Positions 34,650 through 43,891 of a stretch of DNA of 64,000 nt are shown piece after piece. The notes beneath the pieces were generated by a model. The model saw nothing but the letters and a program-made list of their open reading frames with translations. It was not told the origin of the DNA and ran no database searches. How positions within the stretch are numbered: position 1 is the stretch's first letter; every line of letters begins with the position of its first letter. Source of the stretch: Patescibacteria group bacterium. Its GTDB lineage: Bacteria; Patescibacteriota; Minisyncoccia; Phycocordibacterales; UBA1550. The position numbers were made by a program, and so were the translations under genes. The DNA lies in NCBI GenBank assembly GCA_038057125.1, contig JBBUDU010000002.1, forward strand, positions 85,240 to 149,239. Direction: 5' to 3'.

Positions 34650-35903
34650 CTAAAACGGATTCTTCGCCCCGCGGACTTCAAAGTGAAGATGGTACCCTGT
34701 TGACCTGCCTGTATTGCCGACCTCTCCTATCCACTGACCTTTATCGACACGCACACCAACTTGGGTATACACAGAGCTCAGGTGTCCATACAAAGTCTGT
34801 GTGCCGTTTGGATGCTCAATGACAATATAATTGCCGTAACCTCCAAAACATGAGCGACCGCAAGATGCTGATTTAAATCGGCTCACGATTACCGTACCTT
34901 CAGCCGCTGCATACACTGGTGTTCCTGCTGGCGCGCCATAGTCTACTCCATTATATCCGTGAATGTTCTGTGTTTTGCGCCCACTTGGTACGGGGTGCGT
35001 ATAGTACCCATCGTATGATGGATATGAAGAAATGGTGCGAGAACGACTCGTACTCCTAACTCCTGACGATGAAACCACTACTTCTTTTCCATCAGGAATA
35101 ATGACGACATCTCCAACAGAGAGCTTTTGATCTGCTGTCATGTTGTTGAACTCAAGAATCTCACTAAGGTCTCCCTTGTATTTCTTTGCGATACCTTGAA
35201 GAGTGTCTCCTTTTTTCACAATATATTGTACGCCGTCAATAGGCAATATTACTAAGTGTTGTCCGTCGCGAAGACTTGTGCCTCGTGTAATATCATTTGC
35301 CCAAAGAATAGTGTCCACCGTAACATTAAACATTTTAGCAATCTGGGCAATCGTGTCTCCAGAACGAACAACATAAAGGCTTACTTTTCCTTGGTGGTCG
35401 TTTGAAACAATGTCCGCCCAAGTACCGGAGGGACCAACCTCGGCAGAAAACGCTTTGTCGTCCATTGTAATGTCGCCACCTCCTATCGCCGAGCTTGGAT
35501 CAAAATTGACTGCGCTCTCCAAAAAAGCGATACTCTGCGAGTTTTGGGGTTCTGAACGAACTGAAGAAACTGCGACATTGTTCGACTTGACTGATAATCC
35601 GAAATAAGCGCGAGCATAGACTGAATCTAGCGGAGCACCGAGCCCAAACAGGACAAAAGCAAAAAAGAACCCGGCGCTTGAAAACCCGCCAAAAGTCGCC
35701 CACCACGACTTTTTACGGGTGAACCTTGAAAAATATGAGTATTTCGCCCGACCTGCTTTCGTTTGCCCTCGGTCGAGGTCCTGAAGTTGTGTAGAAATAG
35801 GTCTATAGGATATGTATCGTTCTGCCTTGCTGTCTGGACGGGAAGTTCTCTCTTTTCTGTGAACCTGGGGCCAATCCCCAAAGTCTCTTAAATGGTAGCA
35901 CAA
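34650..35903 (-). CDS. LysM-domain M23 family metallopeptidase
   Basis: Two LysM repeats (YVVRSGDTIAQIAKMF, YIVKKGDTLQGIAKKY). M23 motifs HGYNGVDYGA and GNTGRSTGYHLHFE. The start (TTG) is uncertain. Confidence 0.85.
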   Translation of the reverse strand: MCYHLRDFGDWPQVHRKERTSRPDSKAERYISYRPISTQLQDLDRGQTKAGRAKYSYFSRFTRKKSWWATFGGFSSAGFFFAFVLFGLGAPLDSVYARAYFGLSVKSNNVAVSSVRSEPQNSQSIAFLESAVNFDPSSAIGGGDITMDDKAFSAEVGPSGTWADIVSNDHQGKVSLYVVRSGDTIAQIAKMFNVTVDTILWANDITRGTSLRDGQHLVILPIDGVQYIVKKGDTLQGIAKKYKGDLSEILEFNNMTADQKLSVGDVVIIPDGKEVVVSSSGVRSTSRSRTISSYPSYDGYYTHPVPSGRKTQNIHGYNGVDYGAPAGTPVYAAAEGTVIVSRFKSASCGRSCFGGYGNYIVIEHPNGTQTLYGHLSSVYTQVGVRVDKGQWIGEVGNTGRSTGYHLHFEVRGAKNPF

Positions 35904-35954
35904 AGGGGGGTCATCCGGTAGGGCAGTGTGGAAATACTGTGGATAACAAAAACA

Positions 35955-35983
35955 TTGACTTTTGTGTGTAAATTTGGTATAAT
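35955..35983 (+). promoter_or_regulatory. strong sigma70-like promoter with extended -10
   Basis: TTGACT (35955-60), 17-nt spacer ending TGG, TATAAT (35978-83). Confidence 0.6.
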
Positions 35984-36046
35984 TTTAAGACATCAATACT
36001 ATTAATTGTACGAAAATAAAAAAATGTGCGATAATTCAAAGCAACT

Positions 36047-38386
36047 ATGGAAAAACTCGAGAAACAAGCAGATGATGCACTACTAATCAAAGAATTTAGG
36101 CAATTACTTGGGACATCTCCAGAAGAAGCAAGCGCGGAAACCTTGGTTGGGCAGTTTACCCAAATTGAAGACAGTAGCATTCGAGGAGGCAGGGGGGGAA
36201 AGGGAAAGCCAAATGAAATCAGGAAGTCCGTAGATGAAGCCCGCAGAGAAGCGGTTCGTATCGACCACGATCTTACAAGACTAAAAAACGACAAGGAAGC
36301 GCTTCTGTTTATTGTTGCTGATTTGCGTGTCAAGGAAAGGCAAATGGTAGACAAAAAACTTACTAAAGAAACAGACTATTTCCGCGAGGAGATTGCCAAG
36401 GCGCTAAAAAAGCTCGAAGAGATTAACGGCGTGATCCCTGAAGCAAATATTTCTGAAGACCACAAAAAGGTTCAAAAAATCATAAGTGAGTGGAGCAGTG
36501 GAAAACGGGACTGGAGAAAGGAAAATGAGCAGTTCAAAGAAGCGGAAAAGAAACTGGAAAAAAATCCCGATGACCGTCGCGCGCAAGGTGACGCAAACCG
36601 AGCCCGTGCAGAGATGAAGGCAACTGGTGATGGTCTAGAAAGAGTCGCCAACGATGCAAAGGTTATTGAGGAAAATGAAGCCGCGACTCCAGCGCAAAAC
36701 GAAAGTGTTTTATATACACACGAACAGGCAGTCCTAGACCGCAAAGAATGGGAAAAGCGTCACAAAACAGAACAAGAGGAAGCGGTGCTTGAGGCTGTAC
36801 CTGTAGTGGAGCAAGTAGAAGTAGTCCCTTTAGCCGTACCTATACAAGAAGACTCTGTTCATACAGAGGCTCTCCAAGCTCTACAAGAAGAAATAGTGGA
36901 GGAATCCGTAAACCCTGTGCAACTTTCTCCGGAAGTTGAAGCAAGTCTATCTCCGGAACAATCAGCTCTAATCAAAAGATGCCGATACGGTCTGTCAGTA
37001 GCCGAGAGGGAGGTGAGGACGCGTGCAGAAAGGGCGAGTGCCGTTGATGCCGTCCGTAAAGTTGGTGAAGTTTATAATAAAATTCCTCGTCATTATAAAT
37101 GGCTATTCGCTGGAGGATTGCTTGTTTCCGGCGCTGGAGCAGTGGCTCTTGGAGCAACTTTCGCTGTTGGAGCGACTGGAACTCTTGCTGTTGTGATGCG
37201 CGGACTCGGTGGTGCAGGGCTTTTTGTTACATTTGAAAAAATGCTGAAGGGCGCCGAAGAAAAAAAGACTGGCTTACCGCGCTCAAAGAATGCGGAGCTT
37301 CGCCACACAGCAGAAGCAAGCGCTCTTGCCATTATTATCGGAGCGCTTCTTCCAAACATGATCCACGACACCGTGCTTGCTAGCGGCATCCCAGATGCTA
37401 TCAGTGAGTATTTTAATTCCACAGAAGATGTAGCGCCTCCAACTCAACCATTAATTGAAGAAATCCCTGAGGTTTCACCGAGCGAATACACTGGCGTGGC
37501 GGAAGCCGGAGATTCAAGGTGGAGCCTAGCGGAACGAGCGCTAACGGAAGGTCCATACAAGGATCAGTTTAATCAAATAACATCAAGGGGGCAAAGAATG
37601 TACATTATTGATTCAATAAAAGACAGACTTGTCGCAGGAATGACGGAGGGAGAGGCAGACACTTTAAGCATCGGTGATAAAATTGATTTCAAGGAAATTT
37701 TTAATGACAAGGAATTTATGGACAATGCTTTTGCTGGCGCACAAGGACTAAACCCGGAAGAAGCAACAAGTATTCATAATGATGGCGAGGCGCTAGGTAT
37801 CCCAGAAGTTGGCTTGACGCCAGTTGAAACTTTGGTGAGCACTCAAGAAAACATAACGTCACCAGAAAATAACGAAGATATGGCCTCTGGGCAAGGTCAG
37901 CCGCTTCTTACGGAGTTTACACCGCCGGAAAACGAAGTGACCTATGCTTCTGGGGAAACAGTTTCCTTTACGCCGGAAATTACCGACACAAATGCCGCGC
38001 CGGAAACAAATATCATGCCGCAAGAAATTTTACCGAACTCTTCGCAAGGAATCCTGATGGAGGGGCAGGAAACGACGAATAATCCGCAAGCAATCTCGCT
38101 TGCTAAAAAACAGGTTCACGATATCATAGAAAGTATATGGGGCAAAAAGGGTGGGTGGTTTGGCATCGGTTCATCAGACGGAATGGAAGTCTTTAGCAAC
38201 TTTAGCGACAAAACCGTCGAAGAAGTTATGAAGATGGACGCAACCAGCACAAATAAAGAAGTGCAGGACTTGCTAGGCCAAGCTTACGAACAAACACGAG
38301 TTAAGTCAGTACATGGAGAAAAAGTAATGAACTACTTAAACCGCGCTACCGCAGTCGGCATTGATAGGTTTCTAGAAAACAAGTAA
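36047..38386 (+). CDS. large hypothetical protein (coiled coil, central Gly/Ala-rich TM pair, acidic C-terminal region)
   Basis: 779-aa uninterrupted ORF. TM segments LFAGGLLVSGAGAVALGATFAVGATGTLAVV and ASALAIIIGALLPNMI. Confidence 0.65.
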   Translation: MEKLEKQADDALLIKEFRQLLGTSPEEASAETLVGQFTQIEDSSIRGGRGGKGKPNEIRKSVDEARREAVRIDHDLTRLKNDKEALLFIVADLRVKERQMVDKKLTKETDYFREEIAKALKKLEEINGVIPEANISEDHKKVQKIISEWSSGKRDWRKENEQFKEAEKKLEKNPDDRRAQGDANRARAEMKATGDGLERVANDAKVIEENEAATPAQNESVLYTHEQAVLDRKEWEKRHKTEQEEAVLEAVPVVEQVEVVPLAVPIQEDSVHTEALQALQEEIVEESVNPVQLSPEVEASLSPEQSALIKRCRYGLSVAEREVRTRAERASAVDAVRKVGEVYNKIPRHYKWLFAGGLLVSGAGAVALGATFAVGATGTLAVVMRGLGGAGLFVTFEKMLKGAEEKKTGLPRSKNAELRHTAEASALAIIIGALLPNMIHDTVLASGIPDAISEYFNSTEDVAPPTQPLIEEIPEVSPSEYTGVAEAGDSRWSLAERALTEGPYKDQFNQITSRGQRMYIIDSIKDRLVAGMTEGEADTLSIGDKIDFKEIFNDKEFMDNAFAGAQGLNPEEATSIHNDGEALGIPEVGLTPVETLVSTQENITSPENNEDMASGQGQPLLTEFTPPENEVTYASGETVSFTPEITDTNAAPETNIMPQEILPNSSQGILMEGQETTNNPQAISLAKKQVHDIIESIWGKKGGWFGIGSSDGMEVFSNFSDKTVEEVMKMDATSTNKEVQDLLGQAYEQTRVKSVHGEKVMNYLNRATAVGIDRFLENK

Positions 38387-38396
38387 TATTACCACT

Positions 38397-38705
38397 ATGA
38401 ACAATCAAGAACTTCGTGAAATTTTAATAAAAGAACTCGGTATCGGTGGTCTGCCGGAAGAGGCGCAGGACGAAATCGTTAGTAAACTCAGCGAAATTAT
38501 CTTGAAATCGCTTACCGTTGCCATATTTGAAAAACTTCCCGACAATGCGAGGGCAGAGTTTGAACAGATTGGCGCAAAAGGTGACCATGCTTTAATTCAG
38601 GAATTTCTTGAAAGAAACATACCAAATCTACACGCACTCATGGAAGAAGAGGTAAAGAAAACACTGCAAAATTTTGCAGCAAACGAAGAGAAGAAGAACG
38701 GATAA
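38397..38705 (+). CDS. small hypothetical protein
   Basis: 102 aa, begins 10 nt after the upstream stop. Confidence 0.5.
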   Translation: MNNQELREILIKELGIGGLPEEAQDEIVSKLSEIILKSLTVAIFEKLPDNARAEFEQIGAKGDHALIQEFLERNIPNLHALMEEEVKKTLQNFAANEEKKNG

Positions 38706-38783
38706 AATGTATGTAAGGACAACGGGGGCGCAATCGCGTAGCGACTGCGCCCCCGTTCCACATTTCTGTGCTAAAGTGTCTCG

Positions 38784-40781
38784 ATGGAACATCTCAAGCA
38801 CCTCAATGAAAAACAAAAGGAAGCGGCTCTTCACAAAGAAGGACCGATTCTCATAATCGCTGGCGCAGGTACCGGAAAAACAAGCACGCTCACACACCGA
38901 ATCCTGCATATTATTAAAGAAGGTGTCCCGCCAAGCGAGATTCTTGCAATCACATTTACAAACAAAGCCTCAAAGGAAATGCAGGAACGCGTGAACGAGC
39001 TTCTTTTAAAACACGGCTTCGATGTCGGTATTCGCTACGGCCTGCCCGCCACTGCCTATCGCTCAAAAGAAGAAGTAGGGCGATGGCAGGCTGGTGATTC
39101 GCGTCCTTTTATTGGCACATTCCACTCGCTCGGTGTTCACATTCTCCGCGCACATGCGCAGATTTTCGGTCTTACGAAACATTTTACTATCGTCGACAAA
39201 AATGGCGCAAGTTCACTTATTAAAGAAGCGGTGAAGGAGCAGGGTATTGATTCAAAACAATTTTCACCAGACCGAATCGCTGGTGTCATCTCACGCCAAA
39301 AAGGCGCGCTCATTACACTTAATCAATATAAAAGTGATGTCGGAAATGCATATTTTCCAATGATTGTTTCGGCAGTATGGGAAAGGTATGAAAAACTTTT
39401 GGCGCGCGAAAGGGCGCTAGACTTTGACGATCTTATTTTAAAAACGGTTATCCTTTTGCGCGACCATCCTGAAATACGCGAGGAATACCAAAGACGCTGG
39501 AAATATATTCACATAGATGAGTACCAAGACACCAACACTGTGCAGTACGAAATGGCGCGCTTGCTTGCGGGTGCAAAAATGAATATATGCGCGGTGGGAG
39601 ACGGTGACCAAAACATTTACAGTTGGCGTGGCGCAAACCTGCAAAACATTTTGAATTTTGAAAAAGACTATGCGGGCGCGCAAACAATTCTTCTAGAGGA
39701 AAATTACCGTTCAACGCAAACAATTCTTGCCGCCGCAAACGACGTCATTAAAAAAAATACGGTACGAAAAGAAAAAAATCTTTACACGAGAAACGCCGAA
39801 GGAGATAAAATTTCTCTTATCGAAAGTTACGATGAAGGCGGGGAAGCGCGCACTATAGGAGAAAAAATTAAAAATCTTATTGATAGCGGGACTAACCCAG
39901 AAAATATTGCGGTGCTATATCGTGCAAACTTTCAGTCGCGCGCGCTCGAGGAAGCGTTCCTTATCATGGAAATCCCTTATCAAGTCCTCGGTGTGCGTTT
40001 TTTCGAACGAAAAGAAGTAAAGGACATTCTCTCCTTCATTCGCGCGGCGCTAAACCCCGAAAGTCTATCGGACATTAAGCGCATCATCGACTCGCCACCC
40101 AGAGGAATCGGCAAAGCGACACTTGTGAAAATGTTTGCAAAAGACGAAGCGAGCCTGACTCCCGCTGCGCAAAAACGCGTGAATGAATTCTGGGTACTCC
40201 TCGCTTCTATCCAAGAGTACGCACTTGTAGAAAAAACTTCAAAGCTCATTAAATTTGTTTCAGAAAAATCAGGAATTGAAGCGTCGCTTAAAACAGGGAC
40301 CGATGAAGACAATGACCGTCTAGAAAATATCCACGAGCTCGTGACCCTTGCGACCAAGTATGACATTCTGCCTCCCGAAGAAGCAGTTGAAAAACTTTTA
40401 GGTGACGCGGCGCTTGCGAGCGACCAAGACTCAATGATTAAAAGCTCGCGCGCTGTAAAACTCATGACCGTCCACGCGGCAAAAGGGCTTGAGTTCCCTT
40501 ATGTATTTGTCACGGGGCTTGAGCAAGACCTTTTTCCTCATAAACGAATGAGTTCGGGGACTGTATCAAAAGAAGACAGTGAGGAGGAGCGCAGACTTTT
40601 CTACGTCGCCATCACGCGCGCAAAGAAGAAACTTTATCTCTCATATGCATCCGTGCGCACGATTTTCGGACAGCGTCAGGTCAATGCGCCATCAGAGTTT
40701 CTCTCCGACATCGACGACGCCTACACCGAACGCGAAGTTGTAGACAACGACAGCGAACCAATAGTACGGATAGATTGGTAG
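38784..40781 (+). CDS. pcrA: UvrD/PcrA-type DNA helicase
   Basis: AGAGTGKT, DEYQDTN, ENYRST, VHAAKGLEF, YVAITRAK. Confidence 0.92.
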   Translation: MEHLKHLNEKQKEAALHKEGPILIIAGAGTGKTSTLTHRILHIIKEGVPPSEILAITFTNKASKEMQERVNELLLKHGFDVGIRYGLPATAYRSKEEVGRWQAGDSRPFIGTFHSLGVHILRAHAQIFGLTKHFTIVDKNGASSLIKEAVKEQGIDSKQFSPDRIAGVISRQKGALITLNQYKSDVGNAYFPMIVSAVWERYEKLLARERALDFDDLILKTVILLRDHPEIREEYQRRWKYIHIDEYQDTNTVQYEMARLLAGAKMNICAVGDGDQNIYSWRGANLQNILNFEKDYAGAQTILLEENYRSTQTILAAANDVIKKNTVRKEKNLYTRNAEGDKISLIESYDEGGEARTIGEKIKNLIDSGTNPENIAVLYRANFQSRALEEAFLIMEIPYQVLGVRFFERKEVKDILSFIRAALNPESLSDIKRIIDSPPRGIGKATLVKMFAKDEASLTPAAQKRVNEFWVLLASIQEYALVEKTSKLIKFVSEKSGIEASLKTGTDEDNDRLENIHELVTLATKYDILPPEEAVEKLLGDAALASDQDSMIKSSRAVKLMTVHAAKGLEFPYVFVTGLEQDLFPHKRMSSGTVSKEDSEEERRLFYVAITRAKKKLYLSYASVRTIFGQRQVNAPSEFLSDIDDAYTEREVVDNDSEPIVRIDW

Positions 40782-40842
40782 TGTGCGAAGACATAAGACA
40801 TATGTTCAACATATCCCGCAAAGTGGTTCCAAACTATTGAAC

Positions 40843-40902
40843 CATTACTGAGCATTACACAACACTGTATAACGCTGTATGACATTGTATAACATTATAT
40901 AA
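40843..40902. repeat. six phased 10-bp degenerate repeats (CAnTGTATAA)
   Basis: cattactgag / cattacacaa / cactgtataa / cgctgtatga / cattgtataa / cattatataa. Confidence 0.7.
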
Positions 40903-40903
40903 C

Positions 40904-40943
40904 AACAGAGCAATAGTATGCTATAGCATACTATTGCTCTGTT
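40904..40943 (+). terminator. 40-bp perfect palindrome centred on GCTATAGC
   Basis: AACAGAGCAATAGTATGCTA | TAGCATACTATTGCTCTGTT. Confidence 0.6.
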
Positions 40944-40968
40944 ATGCAAAACACTCTATACTGTTGTT

Positions 40969-41562
40969 ATGATAAAAAATACTAAATCACGAAAAAAGGG
41001 TGGGTCAGGACAAAAACGCCGTAGCGCCATGCAAAAGAAAATTCTTCTTCTTCTATATGGTGGACTAGCTCTCGGTCTAACCAGAAATCCAAATCAGTAT
41101 TTCAGGATCGTACGCGAGATAAACCGAGAGTGGGATGACATAAGCCGCAATTCACTTAACCGCGCGATTCGAACTCTCTATGAATCAAAGCTGGTTTCGG
41201 TTAAAGACAATCGAGACGGAACATCTACTCTCGTACTATCCAAAGAAGGGGAGCGCCTCAGTCTTACTTATGATATTGAAAACATAGGAATACAAACCCC
41301 CGCACAATGGGACGGTAAATGGCGCATTGTCATGTTCGATATCCCAGAACCTCTTAAGCGCACTCGCGAGACCATCCGCATGCACTTCAAAAACATGGGG
41401 TTCTACGAATTTCAAAAATCTGTTTTTGTGCATCCATACCCATGCGCAAAAGAAATCGAATACCTCATGGAATTCTATCAAGCACGGCGGTTTGTACGTT
41501 TCATCGTTGCAAAAGAAGTAGATAACGCTCTTGAGCTTAAACGGCACTTTCATCTTGTCTAA
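40969..41562 (+). CDS. PaaX-like regulator (winged-helix N-part + Cas2/PaaX_C-like fold)
   Basis: WRIVMFDIPEPLKRTRETIRMHFKNMGFYEFQKSVFVHP resembles the Cas2/PaaX C-domain beta-alpha-beta signature. Call made from memory of the family. Confidence 0.6.
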   Translation: MIKNTKSRKKGGSGQKRRSAMQKKILLLLYGGLALGLTRNPNQYFRIVREINREWDDISRNSLNRAIRTLYESKLVSVKDNRDGTSTLVLSKEGERLSLTYDIENIGIQTPAQWDGKWRIVMFDIPEPLKRTRETIRMHFKNMGFYEFQKSVFVHPYPCAKEIEYLMEFYQARRFVRFIVAKEVDNALELKRHFHLV

Positions 41563-41573
41563 GTGTTCCATGC

Positions 41574-41617
41574 ATAACCGAGCAATAACATGCTATAGCA
41601 TGTTATTGCTCGGTTAT
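41574..41617 (+). terminator. 44-bp perfect palindrome centred on GCTATAGC
   Basis: ATAACCGAGCAATAACATGCTA | TAGCATGTTATTGCTCGGTTAT. Confidence 0.6.
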
Positions 41618-41661
41618 TGTTTCTGTTGCTGTTCTTGCAGAGTAGTTGGTATACTTGGTTT

Positions 41662-42459
41662 ATGATTCACGCGAAAAAATCACTCGGGCAGAATTTTTTG
41701 AATTCGAAAGCGGTCGCACGTGACATCGTGCGTGAGGCCAATCTTTCACCATCCGACACGGTGCTAGAAATAGGCCCCGGAAAAGGTTTCTTGACGTCAG
41801 AGCTCCTAGCCTCTGGCGCGCACATTATTGCAGTCGAGATGGACAGTCGAATGATTCCGATTCTTCAAGAGAAGTTCGCCGAGGAAATAAATAAAAACAA
41901 ATTCACGCTTATCCATGGCGATATTTTAAAAGAACTCGTGAAAAACACGATAGGGCTTCCAGAGAAGTACAAACTCATTGCGAACATTCCTTATTACCTG
42001 ACGGGACAAATAATACGAACATTCCTCGAAACAAGTTTACAGCCGGAGCGAATGGTTATTATGGTACAAAAAGAAGTCGCAACACGCATCGTGGCGCGCG
42101 ATAAAAAAGAAAGCATTCTCTCCATCGCCGTAAAAGTATATGGCACGCCAAAGCTTATAAAAAAAGTTCCTGCGCGTTACTTTACCCCTGCTCCAAAAGT
42201 TGACTCGGCAATTCTATCTATTGGAAATATTTCTCACAAAAACTTTCCAAGTCAGGTTTCCGAAAAAGTTTTTTTTGAAATCGTACGAGCCGGATTTGCA
42301 CACAAGAGAAAAATTCTTGCAGGAAATCTGAAAGAAATTCTTGGTGAAAAAACGCTTTATATTCTAAAGGAAACTGGAATCAAAGAAAACACTCGCGCAG
42401 AAAATCTCTCCCTTGACCAGTGGCTTGTCATCACATCGAAGTACCTACACTATCAATAA
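41662..42459 (+). CDS. rsmA: 16S rRNA dimethyladenosine transferase
   Basis: KKSLGQNFL, VLEIGPGKG. The ATG at 41662 is preferred because the track start lies inside the palindrome. Confidence 0.9.
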   Translation: MIHAKKSLGQNFLNSKAVARDIVREANLSPSDTVLEIGPGKGFLTSELLASGAHIIAVEMDSRMIPILQEKFAEEINKNKFTLIHGDILKELVKNTIGLPEKYKLIANIPYYLTGQIIRTFLETSLQPERMVIMVQKEVATRIVARDKKESILSIAVKVYGTPKLIKKVPARYFTPAPKVDSAILSIGNISHKNFPSQVSEKVFFEIVRAGFAHKRKILAGNLKEILGEKTLYILKETGIKENTRAENLSLDQWLVITSKYLHYQ

Positions 42460-42814
42460 TCCCGTCAGGACTGACGAACTGAATACAATCAGGTCCAGAA
42501 ATTTCCAGACAAACACCACCTGTGGTGTACGTTCCTAATGTCCAAGATCCAGTGCTAAATAAATTATAATGTTCATAAATAGTAGTTGTCGGCTCCCACA
42601 TAAAAACGCCGGGTGTTGGAGTTCCCACGACGATGGCAATATTATCACTACAGGTACAGGTTATTACATCTTCTATTTGCCCGCCAAAACCCAACAGGGC
42701 TTTGCTTGGTGTGGCCTTTATACTAAAAGAAGTAACGATCAGTAACAAGACAAAGCCGGTGCCAAACAACACTTTATATTTTTTTAGATAATGAAGAAAT
42801 TTCATATATTTCAT
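42431..42814 (-). CDS. small exported Cys-containing hypothetical protein
   Basis: 127 aa with an N-terminal TM/signal. Its 3' end overlaps the rsmA 3' end by 29 nt. Confidence 0.5.
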   Translation of the reverse strand: MKYMKFLHYLKKYKVLFGTGFVLLLIVTSFSIKATPSKALLGFGGQIEDVITCTCSDNIAIVVGTPTPGVFMWEPTTTIYEHYNLFSTGSWTLGTYTTGGVCLEISGPDCIQFVSPDGIIDSVGTSM

Positions 42815-42856
42815 TCTTTCATATTAATGCTGGCACCGCAACCACACATGGATAAT

Positions 42857-43828
42857 TTAAATTTCTAAGGTGTAGCTCTTTGCATTGCTAACGCCATTTT
42901 CATTTATTACATAAGCGCGCACCGGCAATGAAATCTTTCGCGTGCGCGCAAGAGAAGAGGTGCTTGCCTTTAAGATGTTTACTGGAACAGAAAACGAAAG
43001 TGTGGTGCCGTCTACGGACGAAACGTCATTGATAATTCCCGCGCCATAACGTATGGTATTACCGCTAGGAAGAAAGCCTGTACCTTTGATTGTTGCGCTT
43101 CCTCCTCGCATCACACGTTCCGGAGTAATACTTTCTATTTTGGGCTCTTGTGTCACACCGTCCGTCACAACAAAAAACTGTTTTTTATCACTCTCACCGC
43201 GAGCATTTTTTACAGAAATAGAGTAATTTCCTTTTGGAATTACTGGGATCTTGAACGTGATGGACCGACTGTTCCACGATACCGCTTTTTCGACAGCGTG
43301 GGTATCCCCAAAATAAATAGTGTTATCCGTGGCAGTGAAACCAACACCGGATAGAGTGATTATCGTACCGGGTTTTCCAGAATACACAGAGGGGAACATC
43401 AAAATTACTTTTCCTTTTTCGACAGGAAGTGCGGGAGTAGTGGTAGCTTTTTTCGGTGTCGTCACCACAGGCACTGGCGCGATACTTGCAAGCGAATTTA
43501 CTTTCGCGCGCGTCTTTTCACCAAAAAATCCTGTACCGTTCGTTAATCCAATAGGCGCAAGTATTTCCGCGCGATATTTTTCTTGAAATTTTATAACCGC
43601 CCTTTTTGTTGCGTTGCCAAAGTAATCAGTTTCATTTCCGGGAGACCCTGCTCCGGCATCGGCAATGCGAGTTTCGGCATCAGTGTTGAGAAACTTTTGA
43701 AGCCCTGTTACATCATCTCCGCGCATCCCCGAAAAAAGAGTGCGCGTAAAAATATCAGACGAAGCAAGTGCTAGTGGTGGAATCGCACATACACAGACAA
43801 ACAAAAGTATACGTAGCTTAGTATTCAT
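42857..43828 (-). CDS. exported protein with peptidoglycan-binding domain and IPT/TIG-like repeats
   Basis: Signal peptide, PG_binding_1-like LQKFLN...YFGNATKRAVIKFQEKY, and two Ig-like repeats (ITLSGVGF, ATIKGTGF). Confidence 0.7.
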   Translation of the reverse strand: MNTKLRILLFVCVCAIPPLALASSDIFTRTLFSGMRGDDVTGLQKFLNTDAETRIADAGAGSPGNETDYFGNATKRAVIKFQEKYRAEILAPIGLTNGTGFFGEKTRAKVNSLASIAPVPVVTTPKKATTTPALPVEKGKVILMFPSVYSGKPGTIITLSGVGFTATDNTIYFGDTHAVEKAVSWNSRSITFKIPVIPKGNYSISVKNARGESDKKQFFVVTDGVTQEPKIESITPERVMRGGSATIKGTGFLPSGNTIRYGAGIINDVSSVDGTTLSFSVPVNILKASTSSLARTRKISLPVRAYVINENGVSNAKSYTLEI

Positions 43829-43856
43829 GAATAAATGTTACCACACGGACTATCCA

Positions 43857-43885
43857 TTGCATAACTAAATGAGCGGGGGTATACT
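43857..43885 (+). promoter_or_regulatory. candidate promoter giving a leaderless mRNA for the 43892 gene
   Basis: TTGCAT (43857-62), a 17-nt spacer ending GGGGG, TATACT (43880-85). The ATG at 43892 is exactly 7 nt after the -10 hexamer, and there is no SD sequence. Confidence 0.45.
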
Positions 43886-43891
43886 TAAAAG

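Noticed and set aside
15816-41617. Palindromic GCTATAGC elements as a CRISPR array
   Set aside because: They are inverted, not direct, repeats. They are kilobases apart at gene ends, there is no regular spacer pattern, and no cas genes are present.
42431-42459. 29-nt convergent overlap of rsmA and the 127-aa gene as a regulatory antisense arrangement
   Set aside because: It is possible, but the 3' end of the small gene is unverified and short convergent overlaps are common in compact genomes. There is not enough evidence to flag it.
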